Assembly (NCBI GenBank): GCA_964016885.1
Contig: OZ024740.1
Span: 278,690,001-278,754,000 of the forward strand
DNA from: Eledone cirrhosa
Lineage: Eukaryota
Reading direction: 5' to 3'
Length of the DNA stretch: 64,000 nucleotides
Shown: positions 11,885 through 25,637 of the stretch, in pieces
Numbering within the stretch: the first letter of the stretch is position 1
Layout of the letters: each line of letters opens with the position of its first letter
Position numbers and translations under genes: made by a program
The notes under the pieces: model-generated
The model's input: only the letters and a program-made list of their open reading frames with translations
The model's database searches: none
What the model was told of the DNA's origin: nothing

Positions 11885-14570
11885 CAGTTTCAGAAGATCC
11901 CGAAGCGAGAGCAGCCAAGCTCATGAATGTAATCGAACTGTCTTGCTCAGGGTCTACTCCTGGGTCTCCTGCCAGTTGATTTTGCGCGTCAAATCTGCCG
12001 AGCAATTCTTTTCTGGGACATTCTAACTACATTTCGTGGTATTGGAGCTGTGATCTCACAATTCGGAGAAGCAGTGACTCTATAATCTCATAGCTACTCG
12101 CTTTATCGAGTAACATTACTCTAGAGATCCTTCGGAACAACACCATTTCGGCCGTTTTATTCGCAATCTTATTCTGTCAGTCATTACCTAAGATTCATAA
12201 CCGTAAAGAAGGGTTGGCACGAATTAGATATAGCGTGTTTGGCTTTTACAGCTATACCTCCCTTCTGATGAACGAATGCTGAAGCTGGCGCATTACTGCA
12301 CCTGCTTCTGCAATTCTTGCAATTAATTCAGTCTCCTGCTCTCCATCACACGTGAATTCGACCCCGATATACTTCAACTTTTCCATGCGCTTCAGTGGAA
12401 CTCCTCTCACATGTACAGTTCACTGCACATGCTTCCTTGGGAGGACGAGTGTCTCGTTCTTCGCAGCAGTGGTTTTCATTCCAACTGAGCAGCACTCAGC
12501 AACAAATATATTACGTGCATGTCGATGATCCCTTTCCAACCGGCTGATCTACCCCCTCCAGTCTTGACACCACTTCCGACCCAGCTGCCCATGTCAATCC
12601 TGTTCATGAAGATTGCGAATGGGAGAGGTGAGAGAACGCACCCTTTGTGGAGTCAGACACCCACATTAAATGGTTTCGACTTAGCACCATTTATCCGAAC
12701 AAGAATTCAAGACAACAAGAAGCTGTCCACAACATGGAGTGCAAATTGATGCATTTTCTATGTCTAAGACACAAGCATACATCTCTTGGCAATACTCCCA
12801 CAATTTCTTGAAGACCTGCCACATTGTGAATATTTGGTCAGCTGAACTACGTCCAAAGCAAAAACCACACAAATCGTCAGCTATCTCTATATCTCTTTGT
12901 CAGACATTTAGCATAAACTTTACCGAGGAGGCTTAACAAGGTGATCCCTCCATAATTAAAGCAATCTTTCTTATCTCCCATTTTGAAAATTGGGATTATC
13001 ACCTGTGATTGCTATAGCTTAGGTATTTTTCCTGAAATCCAGGCCTTCCGGCTTACATGAGTCAACCAGAGATCACCTTCTGTAATTATATATGTCTGGT
13101 TAAACTTCATCCTCCAGGAGCCCTTGCCACATTTGAGTTCTTTAATTGCTCTAGTAACTTCGGCCTCCGAGAGGTTAGTCATCACTCATAGATACAGCTC
13201 ATGTACATCAGATGTTGTGACCGGGTTTAGGGGATCAGTAAAGTATCCTCTTATAGATGCACCTCACCTCAGAGAAAAGAACCCGAGATATGTTCCTGTC
13301 GGCAGATAATCTGCCAGAGTACTTTATTTCCCAATTTAAATTCTTTTTCCAGCTTAACCCCAAAGTCCTCCCATTTCTTAACTTGAATGTTTTCACTGTA
13401 CAGGCTGCGACATTTTTCACCAGCTTGTACTGTGATGCAAGAAGTAAGACTTATTGCCAAGCCAAGTTATGTAAACCCTCTTCTTTGCACATTTGACATC
13501 TTTAACTTCCTGCCATCCAGCACCACACTGGGCCACTTTTTCCTGCAGCATTTAACAGCTGAAGCACAACATGCTGAATTGAACAGTCTCCCCTCCGTTT
13601 CAAAGTCCTCGGTTTGCTCAGAGAGTTCTTTGAATTTGGATACAATAGTATCCGCATACCAAATCTTGACCTCCTCATCAGCCAGCGCTTCCCAGTTTAT
13701 CCTATAGATCGAACTGGGGGCCTGCCAGTTTTGTGAGTTTTTTGCTGGCTTTGGGTATTCTCAGGCTGAAATATGAAGATCAGTCATGAGCAACCTGCGG
13801 TCCGCAGGTCGCATGCGGCCTGCGAAGCTACTGAATGGCTCGCCTAAGTCACCAAAATGAAATCTTTCTGATATTTTTACCCCAACTTTTCAGTCGTAAT
13901 TTATCTTTCTATCATTTTTACGATCGAGGAAAACAACGTGTACGAATTTTGAAGAAACAAATCAAAACAACCTGAGTAATCACCCTTTTTTTAATGTGGG
14001 CACGAATGTAAATTAGTGCTTGCGGCCAGCCTGATGATGAGCCATATCTCATGCGGCCCGCTTCTCGAAAAAGGTTGCGATGCCTGATGTAGATGGTGAT
14101 CAGTTGACAGTTCAGCTCCTCTCTTAATACGAACATCCAGCATAGAATCGAAGAGATCAGAGACAAAATCAATTAATAATCCCTGTCCCCTATTTCCTTT
14201 ATATCGTGTGTATTGATGGATGTCCCTGTGCTGGAAGGTGTCCATAATAGAAAGCCCATTACTAGAACAGAAATCCAATAAGGCCGTTCTATTTGTAGTT
14301 TGATCAGTATCACCGTTCCTTCCAATCACTTCCATGTCAGGTGCATTGAAGTCTCCCATTAGAATATATGACTCAGCCGTAACTACTTCTAACGCTGCAA
14401 TGACTTCATAAAGGAAGGATTTGTCCTCCTCCACTAGTTCCCGCTCATTACCTGTAGGGGTTGTAACATTCCAGTTACCAACTTTTAAGATTTGTTCCCT
14501 TCTGGACCCTCTTTTGGGTCTCGAGAAACGCAACCTTTTGCATCAATTCCACGCCTGCCAAGGCAGGTAA
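11885..14570 (-). pseudogene. Degenerate RTE-clade LINE (APE endonuclease + RT), many stops and frameshifts
   Basis: ORF fragments ILKVGNWNVTT, ILMGDFNA, LLDFCSSNGLSI, RGAELSTDHH, GFCFGRSSADQIFTMWQV. Confidence 0.85.
13781..14086. mobile_element. hAT-family MITE inserted into the RTE LINE
   Basis: TIRs cagtcatgagcaacct / aggttgcgatgcctg, subterminal gcggcc motifs, 8-bp TSD atgaagat (13773-80) / atgtagat (14087-94). Confidence 0.8.
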
Positions 14571-15204
14571 CCTGTCCATCGCCACTTCCAACTGCATTGG
14601 ATGGAGACTGCATTATATTTTTCGAACAGCCCCCACCCCACCCCCCCACCCCCCACCCACCTAAAATTTAAACTCGTCCTTTGTTACTCCACGCAAAGGA
14701 CGATGCCGTATGAAAGTGTTTATTGCATCTAAACATATTTCAGTTTTTAGTGTTCTTATTCGCACCAGCTATCAATTTGTATCTCCCTCAAACTGGAGAA
14801 GGGTAAGCATTTTTTAAACACTGCCTTTATTCGCCTTATTGAAGCTACACCACTAGGTTTTGGGGGAGAACTAACAGTGTCACCCATTGCTCCACCTCCT
14901 CTAGTAGTTTACCGCTGATGGCCAGCAGTTGATTATTCGCCCGGCAGGAGCCCACTTATATCTATATATATATATATATATATGAATGTATATATAGTGT
15001 ATTTGGTAATACACTGTATGCTTAATTAAAAGCATTTTGAAGACCTTGCGCTATTGTTTTAAAGTAGTGACTATGTCACTTACTTCTTTTTTCAACAAAC
15101 AAAGGAAGATAAGTTCACAGATCTATTTCATACTGCTGGTATTCCTCAGAGCTTAGCACTCGCCTTGTTTGTTGAAATATTATGAATCTTGGAACTGATT
15201 ATTA

Positions 15205-15500
15205 CTGACTCTGCTACTTATTATGCCATCGGTACTGAGGCGAAGGATATAGCCGCCACCCTTAGAATAGATAACAAGTTAGACTGCTTGGCTACGGGAG
15301 GGGATTATATAACCCTTAAGGACCATAAGGATAACTTTGCCAACAAACCAACTTGCACACTTATAATCCCTACTAAAACTGAACTAGGTCTTGTTAGTAA
15401 GGATATACTCAGGAAAATTAATAGAACCAATAGGAAATAGTCCAGCCTTAATCAGTGGGATAATAGTGAAACTGTTATAGATTCGTTTAATGTTCTCAAA
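15205..15500 (+). pseudogene. Penelope-like RT N-terminal fragment
   Basis: YITLKDHKDNFANKPTCTLIIPTKTELGLVSKDIL..NQW..ETVIDSF, homologous to 1730-1990. Confidence 0.85.
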
Positions 15501-15505
15501 CACAC

Positions 15506-15596
<91 letters not shown>

Positions 15597-15733
15597 TCAT
15601 GTGAGGAAAGCTGGTTGGTCAAATATAATCCACCGACTTTGGTCGTAAACAGACGTATACCACTCTACGACTTGTGTTCTTTAAAGTATTATCAATAAGG
15701 TATCAACCGGAGTATCAATATTATAAAGAAGAG

Positions 15734-15925
15734 GGCGGTGGATTGGCAGTATCGGTAGAGGGTCGGATGCCATGTTTTGTAGCATAGAGTTTCGCCTTTT
15801 TACGGTCTAAGTTCAAATCCCGCCGAGGTTTACTTTGCCTTTCATCCTTACGGGGTCGATAAAATAAAGTACCAGTAACGCACTGGGATAATTGCTGGCC
15901 TTGTGCCAAAAGTAAAAACAATATT
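15734..15925 (+). mobile_element. tRNA-derived SINE (major family)
   Basis: A/B-box-like head (tggcagtatcggtagag..gttcaaatcccgcc) plus body tttgcctttcatccttacggggtcgataaaataaagtaccag; many copies in the window. Confidence 0.85.
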
Positions 15926-16036
15926 ATAAAGAGACAGTTTTAAATCTACAGCCACTGTTTATTATGTAATCCTGTTATACATATTATAAGCAAAGGATGT
16001 ACATTTAAAACCGTCTCACTTCTTAATAATATATAT

Positions 16037-16107
<71 letters not shown>

Positions 16108-16213
16108 CCAATGTGTGTGTATATATATGCATATATATATATAACGACGCATCATTCACCTACCATCTCGTTTAACAATCGATTACACTTACCACCGTCA
16201 TTTTTTGTATATA

Positions 16214-16620
16214 CGAGGGCAATCCCCAAAGTAAGGTCTCCTTCCGATGTTGCAACTTCCGATATTGCAACTTTTCCGTTAAAACCCCGTGGATGGTGCT
16301 TCGGGAACCTCAGGAACCAAAATGCAGAGGGCATCAAGAGTGATCCGCCGATCTTTACGCATGTTTTCCTCGGAGAGAGACCTTACTTTTGGGATTGCCC
16401 TCTATATAATAACTGCGCGAAATTCGCACATGGCGGTAGCGTTCAACGGGAGCTCCATTCTCAATGGCTGCCAAGCCAAGATTGAGCATCCTAGGGAAGC
16501 GCGCGCATGCTTGTTTGGGAGTGAAGGAAGCACCAATCACAACAGTGTTGCCAACGGCCGTACGAACAGTTTCTCTGTATCCCTATTGCTTTGGAGACCT
16601 TACTTTTGGGATTACCCTCG
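16214..16620. mobile_element. Tc1/mariner-type MITE with TA flanks and an additional internal right TIR
   Basis: cgagggcaatccccaaagtaaggtctcc / ggagaccttacttttgggattaccctcg; third TIR copy at ~16376-16403. Confidence 0.8.
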
Positions 16621-17107
16621 TACATATCTATATGCTATGTACATTTTTAATTTATTTCATGTGATTTTTTAATGTATTTTTGTATGCTTTTATCCAACAT
16701 TTTTATTATGTTTCAAAATAATATTTCACTTTATGTTAGCAAGAATTGTGAAAGATAAAAGCTACTAAGTTTCCATTAGACCTTTACGAATTTGTTTATT
16801 CAGATATTTTATTTAATGTAAAACTAATACTTGCTAGGTTTTCGTACTCTCATGACCATCTATCACTCGTCGTGAGACATTAAAACAATAACTAGTGTTA
16901 CTGTATGATCAGGTCATTGGAACAGAAGGTGGTTGTTAAGAGAGCAGTTTCTTTACCGATCTATTCGTTGTGGCTGTATGTTTATATATATATATATATA
17001 TATATATCTTTCTTTAGCCGTTGCTCGCACCAACCAGAGGTATCTGATCTTTAAAGCGATGAAATACCAATGAAGGCTGGAAGATCACTGATGAAGGACT
17101 AATTTTA

Positions 17108-17208
<101 letters not shown>

Positions 17209-17209
17209 A

Positions 17210-17909
17210 AGATATATATTGAGTTAGAAACTCAAAATAGTCACAAAATAGCTCAAAGAAAGAGGTTTTTTTGAGCCATGTAATATAATTTAATATAAGA
17301 GATAGATAAACACAGATATAAACATACATGTGTTCAAATTGTAAGGGACCAAGTTCGCTAGGGTGAAAAAAATACTAACTATTAACAATATTGTTTGCCA
17401 GACTCAATTTAAAACAATAAATCAAGAAAGGAATACAAACTTATATTGGGCAACTGCCGGAACACCCAGACAGCTTATGGTAAGCTGTTTCGCAATTTTA
17501 GCGAAAGAAATTACCAATTCTTTGCTATTCAGTGGGTGTAAAATTAGTAAGCCCTTCACTTCTAAGTATCCCAGAAGACTGAATAGTGTGCGAATATAAA
17601 ATAACGCACATGGCATCAGAACCTAGCGTGTCTCATAAACGTACGCTACTAAAAATAGCAGCCAAGTTTACACGACATTTAAATTAGCTCGACAAAAATT
17701 GAAGGAGCCGAATATATCAAAGATATATATTGAGTTAGAAACTCAAAATAGTCTCTTACAATTAAATAGCTCAAGGAAAGAGGTTTTTTTCTGAGACGTG
17801 TAATATAATTGAATATAAAAGAGAGATGAACACAAATATAAACATATATGTGTTCAAATTGTAAGGGACCAAGTTCGCTAGGGTGAAAAAAATACTAACT
17901 ATTAACAAT
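17210..17909 (-). mobile_element. Partial-tandem (~511-bp period) pLTR/retrozyme-like element with HHR at 17462-17539
   Basis: 17210-17389 is repeated at 17721-17909; minus strand acaccca-CTGAATA-gcaa..ttgc-GAAA-cagctta cca taagctg-TC-tgggtgt. Confidence 0.75.
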
Positions 17910-18197
17910 CTTAACATGGACTGTACAGTGTAATAGTTATAGAGGTACTCTTTTAAATTTATTAACCTGTTTGATTATAATATTTTTCTCGTACCTTACA
18001 CAGTTTATATGTCTTTCACTCTGGTGGTAAAAATACCCTGTAATGAAAAAGCATGTTCTTTTCATATATATAGGAAAAGTTTAACCCCGACGGCAGAGCT
18101 CAAAACCATCGGAGTTAAACTTTTTCCTATTACCCACTCTAAGTATTGAGTACTCTGGTGCGTTATGGTCCATCTGGTTCCTTACCATATCTCCTTC

Positions 18198-18246
<49 letters not shown>

Positions 18247-18249
<3 letters not shown>

Positions 18250-18436
18250 TTAATATAGAAGAGATTCTACAGGATTAGAACTGTTTCATTCATTAGAAAT
18301 CATCAATCCTGATGATTTCTAATGAATGAAACAGTTCTAGTCCTGTAGAATCTCTTCTATATTAAAACTTTTATACTCTGCTATGTATTGAGTACCTTAC
18401 TTACTGTGGTTACCTCCGATTCAACCCGGAATAACG
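18247..18436 (+). mobile_element. Fold-back element with HHR core (18309-18342)
   Basis: Palindrome centred ~18307; CTGATGA-tttctaatgaat-GAAAC..GTC; tail recurs reversed at 7394-7452. Confidence 0.65.
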
Positions 18437-18459
18437 TATATATATATATATATATATAT

Positions 18460-18788
18460 TAGAAAGTCAGGTTTTTTTACAAAATGAAAAATAACCGAGG
18501 TGTCCTACATGAGTGAAAGTATAAAGAAAAAAAGATGAAATCGAAAATGCAACTGGAGTCTTCTTTTTAAAATTATATATATTTATTTGGTTCCTTTACC
18601 GGTTTCGCAGTTCTTCTGCTTTTCAAAAGTAGAGTTGAGATGGAGGGTCTGTGGTTGTTAAAACACAGACGCTCCATCTCAACTCTACTTTTGAAAAGCA
18701 GAAGAACTGCGAAACCGGTAAAGGAACCAAATAAATATATATATATTTTTTAAATAAGACTCCAGTTGCATTTTCGATTTCATCTTTT

Positions 18789-18790
<2 letters not shown>
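18460..18790. mobile_element. Family C fold-back element with two outward-facing U3-A8 HHR motifs
   Basis: Palindrome centred ~18659; motif at 18688-18723 (+) and its reverse complement at ~18594-18629. Confidence 0.7.
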
Positions 18791-18879
<89 letters not shown>

Positions 18880-18883
<4 letters not shown>

Positions 18884-19285
18884 GTTTGAATTTGTAAAGC
18901 TTTGTAAAGCCAAACAATGCAGGTATGGACATAGAATAAAAAAAAAATGCAAATGCAAAAGATATTGTTGACAATTAGTCTTTTACCTTAGATTTATTTA
19001 AATGTCCTTAATTTTGGAGATAATATCTCTTCTTCGGAGGGAAGTAAAGCGGTTAAACCAGTGTTCTAAATACTGGTTTAATCGCTTTACTTCCCTCCGA
19101 AGAAGAGATATTATCTCGAAAATTAAGGACATTTAAATAAATCTAAGGTAAAAGACTAATTGTCAACAATATCTTTTGCATTTGCATTTTTTTTAATTCT
19201 ATGTCCATACCTGCATTGTTTGGCTTTACAAATTCAAACGTTTATACCTCATTACACAATGCTTCAAGTGAACTATAACTTCCTC
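18880..19285. mobile_element. Fold-back element with minimal HHR-like motif at 19094-19128 (+)
   Basis: ~180-bp arms centred ~19067; cct-CCGAAGA-a gagata t tatctc-GAAA-att-A-agg. Confidence 0.6.
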
Positions 19286-19304
19286 TATATATATATATAT
19301 ATAT

Positions 19305-21370
19305 ATAATGTATAATAAACAATACAATATAATTACCTCATTACCAGAGGTTTCCCGAATAAGACGAATACGAAAAACGTCCTCATTCGTTCGTCGGACA
19401 AGGCAATTTAAAATATAGTGAAATATTTGAAAAGTCTCCTCAAGAAATGCAAGAGTTTAACGGGCAAAAAATATATAAATAAAAGTAATGCAAGAGATAT
19501 ATTAAAAAATAAGGAAATATAGTTAGGGTATGTGTATAAATATGTATATACACTCACAAATGTACATATGTGTGTATGTACAAATGCATGTGTATGGTGA
19601 AAATGTGTGCGTAAGTACATATATGAGGGCAAGTATATTTGTGTATATGTGACCACAAATACGTATATATTATGAGTTGAAAAAGGAAATTGTAAGATAA
19701 TATAGTTAACACGCATCCAGATACAGGTATTAAATACACATACGAGCATGAAAGCACGCGTATAAACACACACACACGCGCGGTTACTTATATGCGGAAG
19801 ATAAAGAGGGAAGGGAGTGTAAAAAGAAGTGTCATTCTCGTCATATGTATAAAAATGAAACAATATATGAGAATGAAAAAATGTTTTAAATCAAAGAGAA
19901 AATAATCAATTAACACTAGAGAAAAGAAAACAAACATAGGTACGCACATACACACACATATATATATTAAAAAAATATTTATACACACAAATACGTACAG
20001 ACAAAAGCGCTTTCATGCGTACATACATACACACGAGGCACGTATATATATCGCCACATGTATATCTAATCACACGTACGTACGCGACTATATATGTATA
20101 TACATATATACATACACACCCATACATACATATACACACACACACATATACATACACATACACATACATTCACCCGCATACACACACACGTATAAATAAG
20201 TATGTAAAAAACATAGATATAAAAAACGTAGATATAAAAACACACATATATATACGTACGTACGCACACATACGGAGGCGTTCGTATACATATACAGAAC
20301 GTATACACACATATGCACACTCACACGCATATATACAGATTATAAACCAGCTGTATTAATGAATGAGTACAAATATAAAATCGGCTGCGAAACAACAGAA
20401 TATATCTGAGTGGAAAACGCAAGTGACATGTGATCATCAGGTAGTGAAAGAAAATGGGGAAGTAAAATGTGGAATATGAAGATATTAGGTAAGTGAATCG
20501 AAAAATAGGGGGAGGGTTACTGGTGGATGTGAAGTAAAAATAAAAATAAAATTAAAAATAAAGTTAAAAATGAAAGTAAATCAGAAAGAGAAGTCTGTAA
20601 AGAGGATAATTTAAGGAAAGTGAAGAATAAGAGTTTATAGAGGATAAGTATCTGAAAGTGAGTTAAGTTTATATGAGCTGGAAAGCAAGTGTGATTTCAT
20701 GTGTGGGCAACTGGTGAAGATTTCTGTTTTTGTATTTAGGCAGATTTTTGGTGATTTAAAGTTCTGTAAAATCCAATATTTTTCACTTATGCAGAGTGTG
20801 CATCTTCTTGTTCCTCTTGAATATTCTTTAGATTGGTTCAAAATTGACCAATCCAATTTATATTGGATACCTTGGTCCTTTCAAATCCCATATTCTGCTA
20901 GCCAGAGCTGTTGTGAATCTTTTTTCTGGATGGCGGAAAGATGCGACATGTGAGTAATAACGCGTTTTGAATTTGTCTTGTGTCATACCCACATATCGTT
21001 CGCTGGTGGCTGGTTGGTTGTTGCTGATGGTTGTCACTTTAGCCGCATATACAATGGCTTTGGTGTTGCATTTACCTTGTAATGGGCATTCACTTTTGAT
21101 TCTACAGGAGCAATTTTGATGTTCTCTGGGTGATTTCTTATTGATGATATAAGATTTAATAGGGGGACCGCAGGAGTTGCTAATTTTGACACAGTTTCTA
21201 TTGAAGATCTTATAGTATCTATGTGTTCTAGGGAAATGTTTATCTAAGAGCTCTAGGAATTTTTTGCCTACATTAGTTTTAACTGCTAGAGAGTAGGGGG
21301 GGGGTGAACAAGATTACTTTTCTTTTCCTATTATTATTAAGAGTTAGTATTGTTGGGTATGTACTTAATC

Positions 21371-21374
<4 letters not shown>
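19305..21374 (-). mobile_element. 5'-truncated Penelope-like element: decayed linker + GIY-YIG (20635-21340), long 3' UTR, terminal HHR (19332-19407)
   Basis: RKRKVILF..PPYSLAVKTNVGKKFLELLDKHFP, CSCRIKSECPLQGKC, IVYAAKV, RYVGMT, CTLCISEKYWIL..LNTKTEIFTSCPH; both ends in (TA)n. Confidence 0.85.
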
Positions 21375-22717
<1,343 letters not shown>

Positions 22718-22756
22718 ATATATTATATATATATGTATATATATTATATATATATG

Positions 22757-25637
22757 TAGAAATTGGAATAAATGCTCTGAAATAGCGATATATATGTGAA
22801 TATAGACATAGAATATTCGAAAATATTCTGTATGTTTATAATAAACATTTTGAAGACCTAATCGCTATAGAATAGAATACGTCACGTATTACAATTAGAT
22901 TCTCGATAAAAGCAAGGGAAGTAATCTACGCGTTTCATTCTCGTTAGAAATCATCAGGACTACATATCCAGTGCTTTTATCGAGAATGACACAGCTAGAG
23001 ACTTATAGAATACTTAGCTGTGTACAGGAACTGGTTTGAAAGAGCGGTTGCCGGTCCGGCAGAAATTAGAAATTGGAATAAATGCTCTGAAATAGCGATA
23101 TATATGTGAATATAGACATAGAATATTCGAAAATATTCTGTATGTTTATAATAAACATTTTGAAGACCTAATCGCTATAGAATAGAATACGTCACGTATT
23201 ACAATTAGATTCTCGATAAAAGCAAGGGAAGTAATCTACGCGTTTCATTCTCGTTAGAAATCATCAGGACTACATATCCAGTGCTTTTATCGAGAATGAC
23301 ACAGCTAGAGACTTATAGAATACTTAGCTGTGTACAGGAACTGGTTTGAAAGAGCGGTTGCCGGTCCGGCAGAAATTAGAAATTGGAATAAATGCTCTGA
23401 AATAGCGATATATATGTGAATATAGACATAGAATATTCGAAAATATTCTGTATGTTTATAATAAACATTTTGAAGACCTAATCGCTATAGAATAGAATAC
23501 GTCACGTATTACAATTAGATTCTCGATAAAAGCAAGGGAAGTAATCTACGCGTTTCATTCTCGTTAGAAATCATCAGGACTACATATCCAGTGCTTTTAT
23601 CGAGAATGACACAGCTAGAGACTTATAGAATACTTAGCTGTGTACAGGAACTGGTTTGAAAGAGCGGTTGCCGGTCCGGCAGAAATTAGAAATTGGAATA
23701 AATGCTCTGAAATAGCGATATATATGTGAATATAGACATAGAATATTCGAAAATATTCTGTATGTTTATAATAAACATTTTGAAGACCTAATCGCTATAG
23801 AATAGAATACGTCACGTATTACAATTAGATTCTCGATAAAAGCAAGGGAAGTAATCTACGCGTTTCATTCTCGTTAGAAATCATCAGGACTACATATCCA
23901 GTGCTTTTATCGAGAATGACACAGCTAGAGACTTATAGAATACTTAGCTGTGTACAGGAACTGGTTTGAAAGAGCGGTTGCCGGTCCGGCAGAAATTAGA
24001 AATTGGAATAAATGCTCTGAAATAGCGATATATATGTGAATATAGACATAGAATATTCGAAAATATTCTGTATGTTTATAATAAACATTTTGAAGACCTA
24101 ATCGCTATAGAATAGAATACGTCACGTATTACAATTAGATTCTCGATAAAAGCAAGGGAAGTAATCTACGCGTTTCATTCTCGTTAGAAATCATCAGGAC
24201 TACATATCCAGTGCTTTTATCGAGAATGACACAGCTAGAGACTTATAGAATACTTAGCTGTGTACAGGAACTGGTTTGAAAGAGCGGTTGCCGGTCCGGC
24301 AGAAATTAGAAATTGGAATAAATGCTCTGAAATAGCGATATATATGTGAATATAGACATAGAATATTCGAAAATATTCTGTATGTTTATAATAAACATTT
24401 TGAAGACCTAATCGCTATAGAATAGAATACGTCACGTATTACAATTAGATTCTCGATAAAAGCAAGGGAAGTAATCTACGCGTTTCATTCTCGTTAGAAA
24501 TCATCAGGACTACATATCCAGTGCTTTTATCGAGAATGACACAGCTAGAGACTTATAGAATACTTAGCTGTGTACAGGAACTGGTTTGAAAGAGCGGTTG
24601 CCGGTCCGGCAGAAATTAGAAATTGGAATAAATGCTCTGAAATAGCGATATATATGTGAATATAGACATAGAATATTCGAAAATATTCTGTATGTTTATA
24701 ATAAACATTTTGAAGACCTAATCGCTATAGAATAGAATACGTCACGTATTACAATTAGATTCTCGATAAAAGCAAGGGAAGTAATCTACGCGTTTCATTC
24801 TCGTTAGAAATCATCAGGACTACATATCCAGTGCTTTTATCGAGAATGACACAGCTAGAGACTTATAGAATACTTAGCTGTGTACAGGAACTGGTTTGAA
24901 AGAGCGGTTGCCGGTCCGGCAGAAATTAGAAATTGGAATAAATGCTCTGAAATAGCGATATATATGTGAATATAGACATAGAATATTCGAAAATATTCTG
25001 TATGTTTATAATAAACATTTTGAAGACCTAATCGCTATAGAATAGAATACGTCACGTATTACAATTAGATTCTCGATAAAAGCAAGGGAAGTAATCTACG
25101 CGTTTCATTCTCGTTAGAAATCATCAGGACTACATATCCAGTGCTTTTATCGAGAATGACACAGCTAGAGACTTATAGAATACTTAGCTGTGTACAGGAA
25201 CTGGTTTGAAAGAGCGGTTGCCGGTCCGGCAGAAATTAGAAATTGGAATAAATGCTCTGAAATAGCGATATATATGTGAATATAGACATAGAATATTCGA
25301 AAATATTCTGTATGTTTATAATAAACATTTTGAAGACCTAATCGCTATAGAATAGAATACGTCACGTATTACAATTAGATTCTCGATAAAAGCAAGGGAA
25401 GTAATCTACGCGTTTCATTCTCGTTAGAAATCATCAGGACTACATATCCAGTGCTTTTATCGAGAATGACACAGCTAGAGACTTATAGAATACTTAGCTG
25501 TGTACAGGAACTGGTTTGAAAGAGCGGTTGCCGGTCCGGCAGAAATTAGAAATTGGAATAAATGCTCTGAAATAGCGATATATATGTGAATATAGACATA
25601 GAATATTCGAAAATATTCTGTATGTTTATAATAAACA
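22757..25637 (-). repeat. 310-bp tandem array, left arm (~9.3 units), one minimal hammerhead per unit on minus strand; retrozyme-like
   Basis: aattggaata recurs at 22761+310n (n=0-9); HHR reverse complement at 22921-22963+310n (9 copies); units appear identical by eye. Confidence 0.95.
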
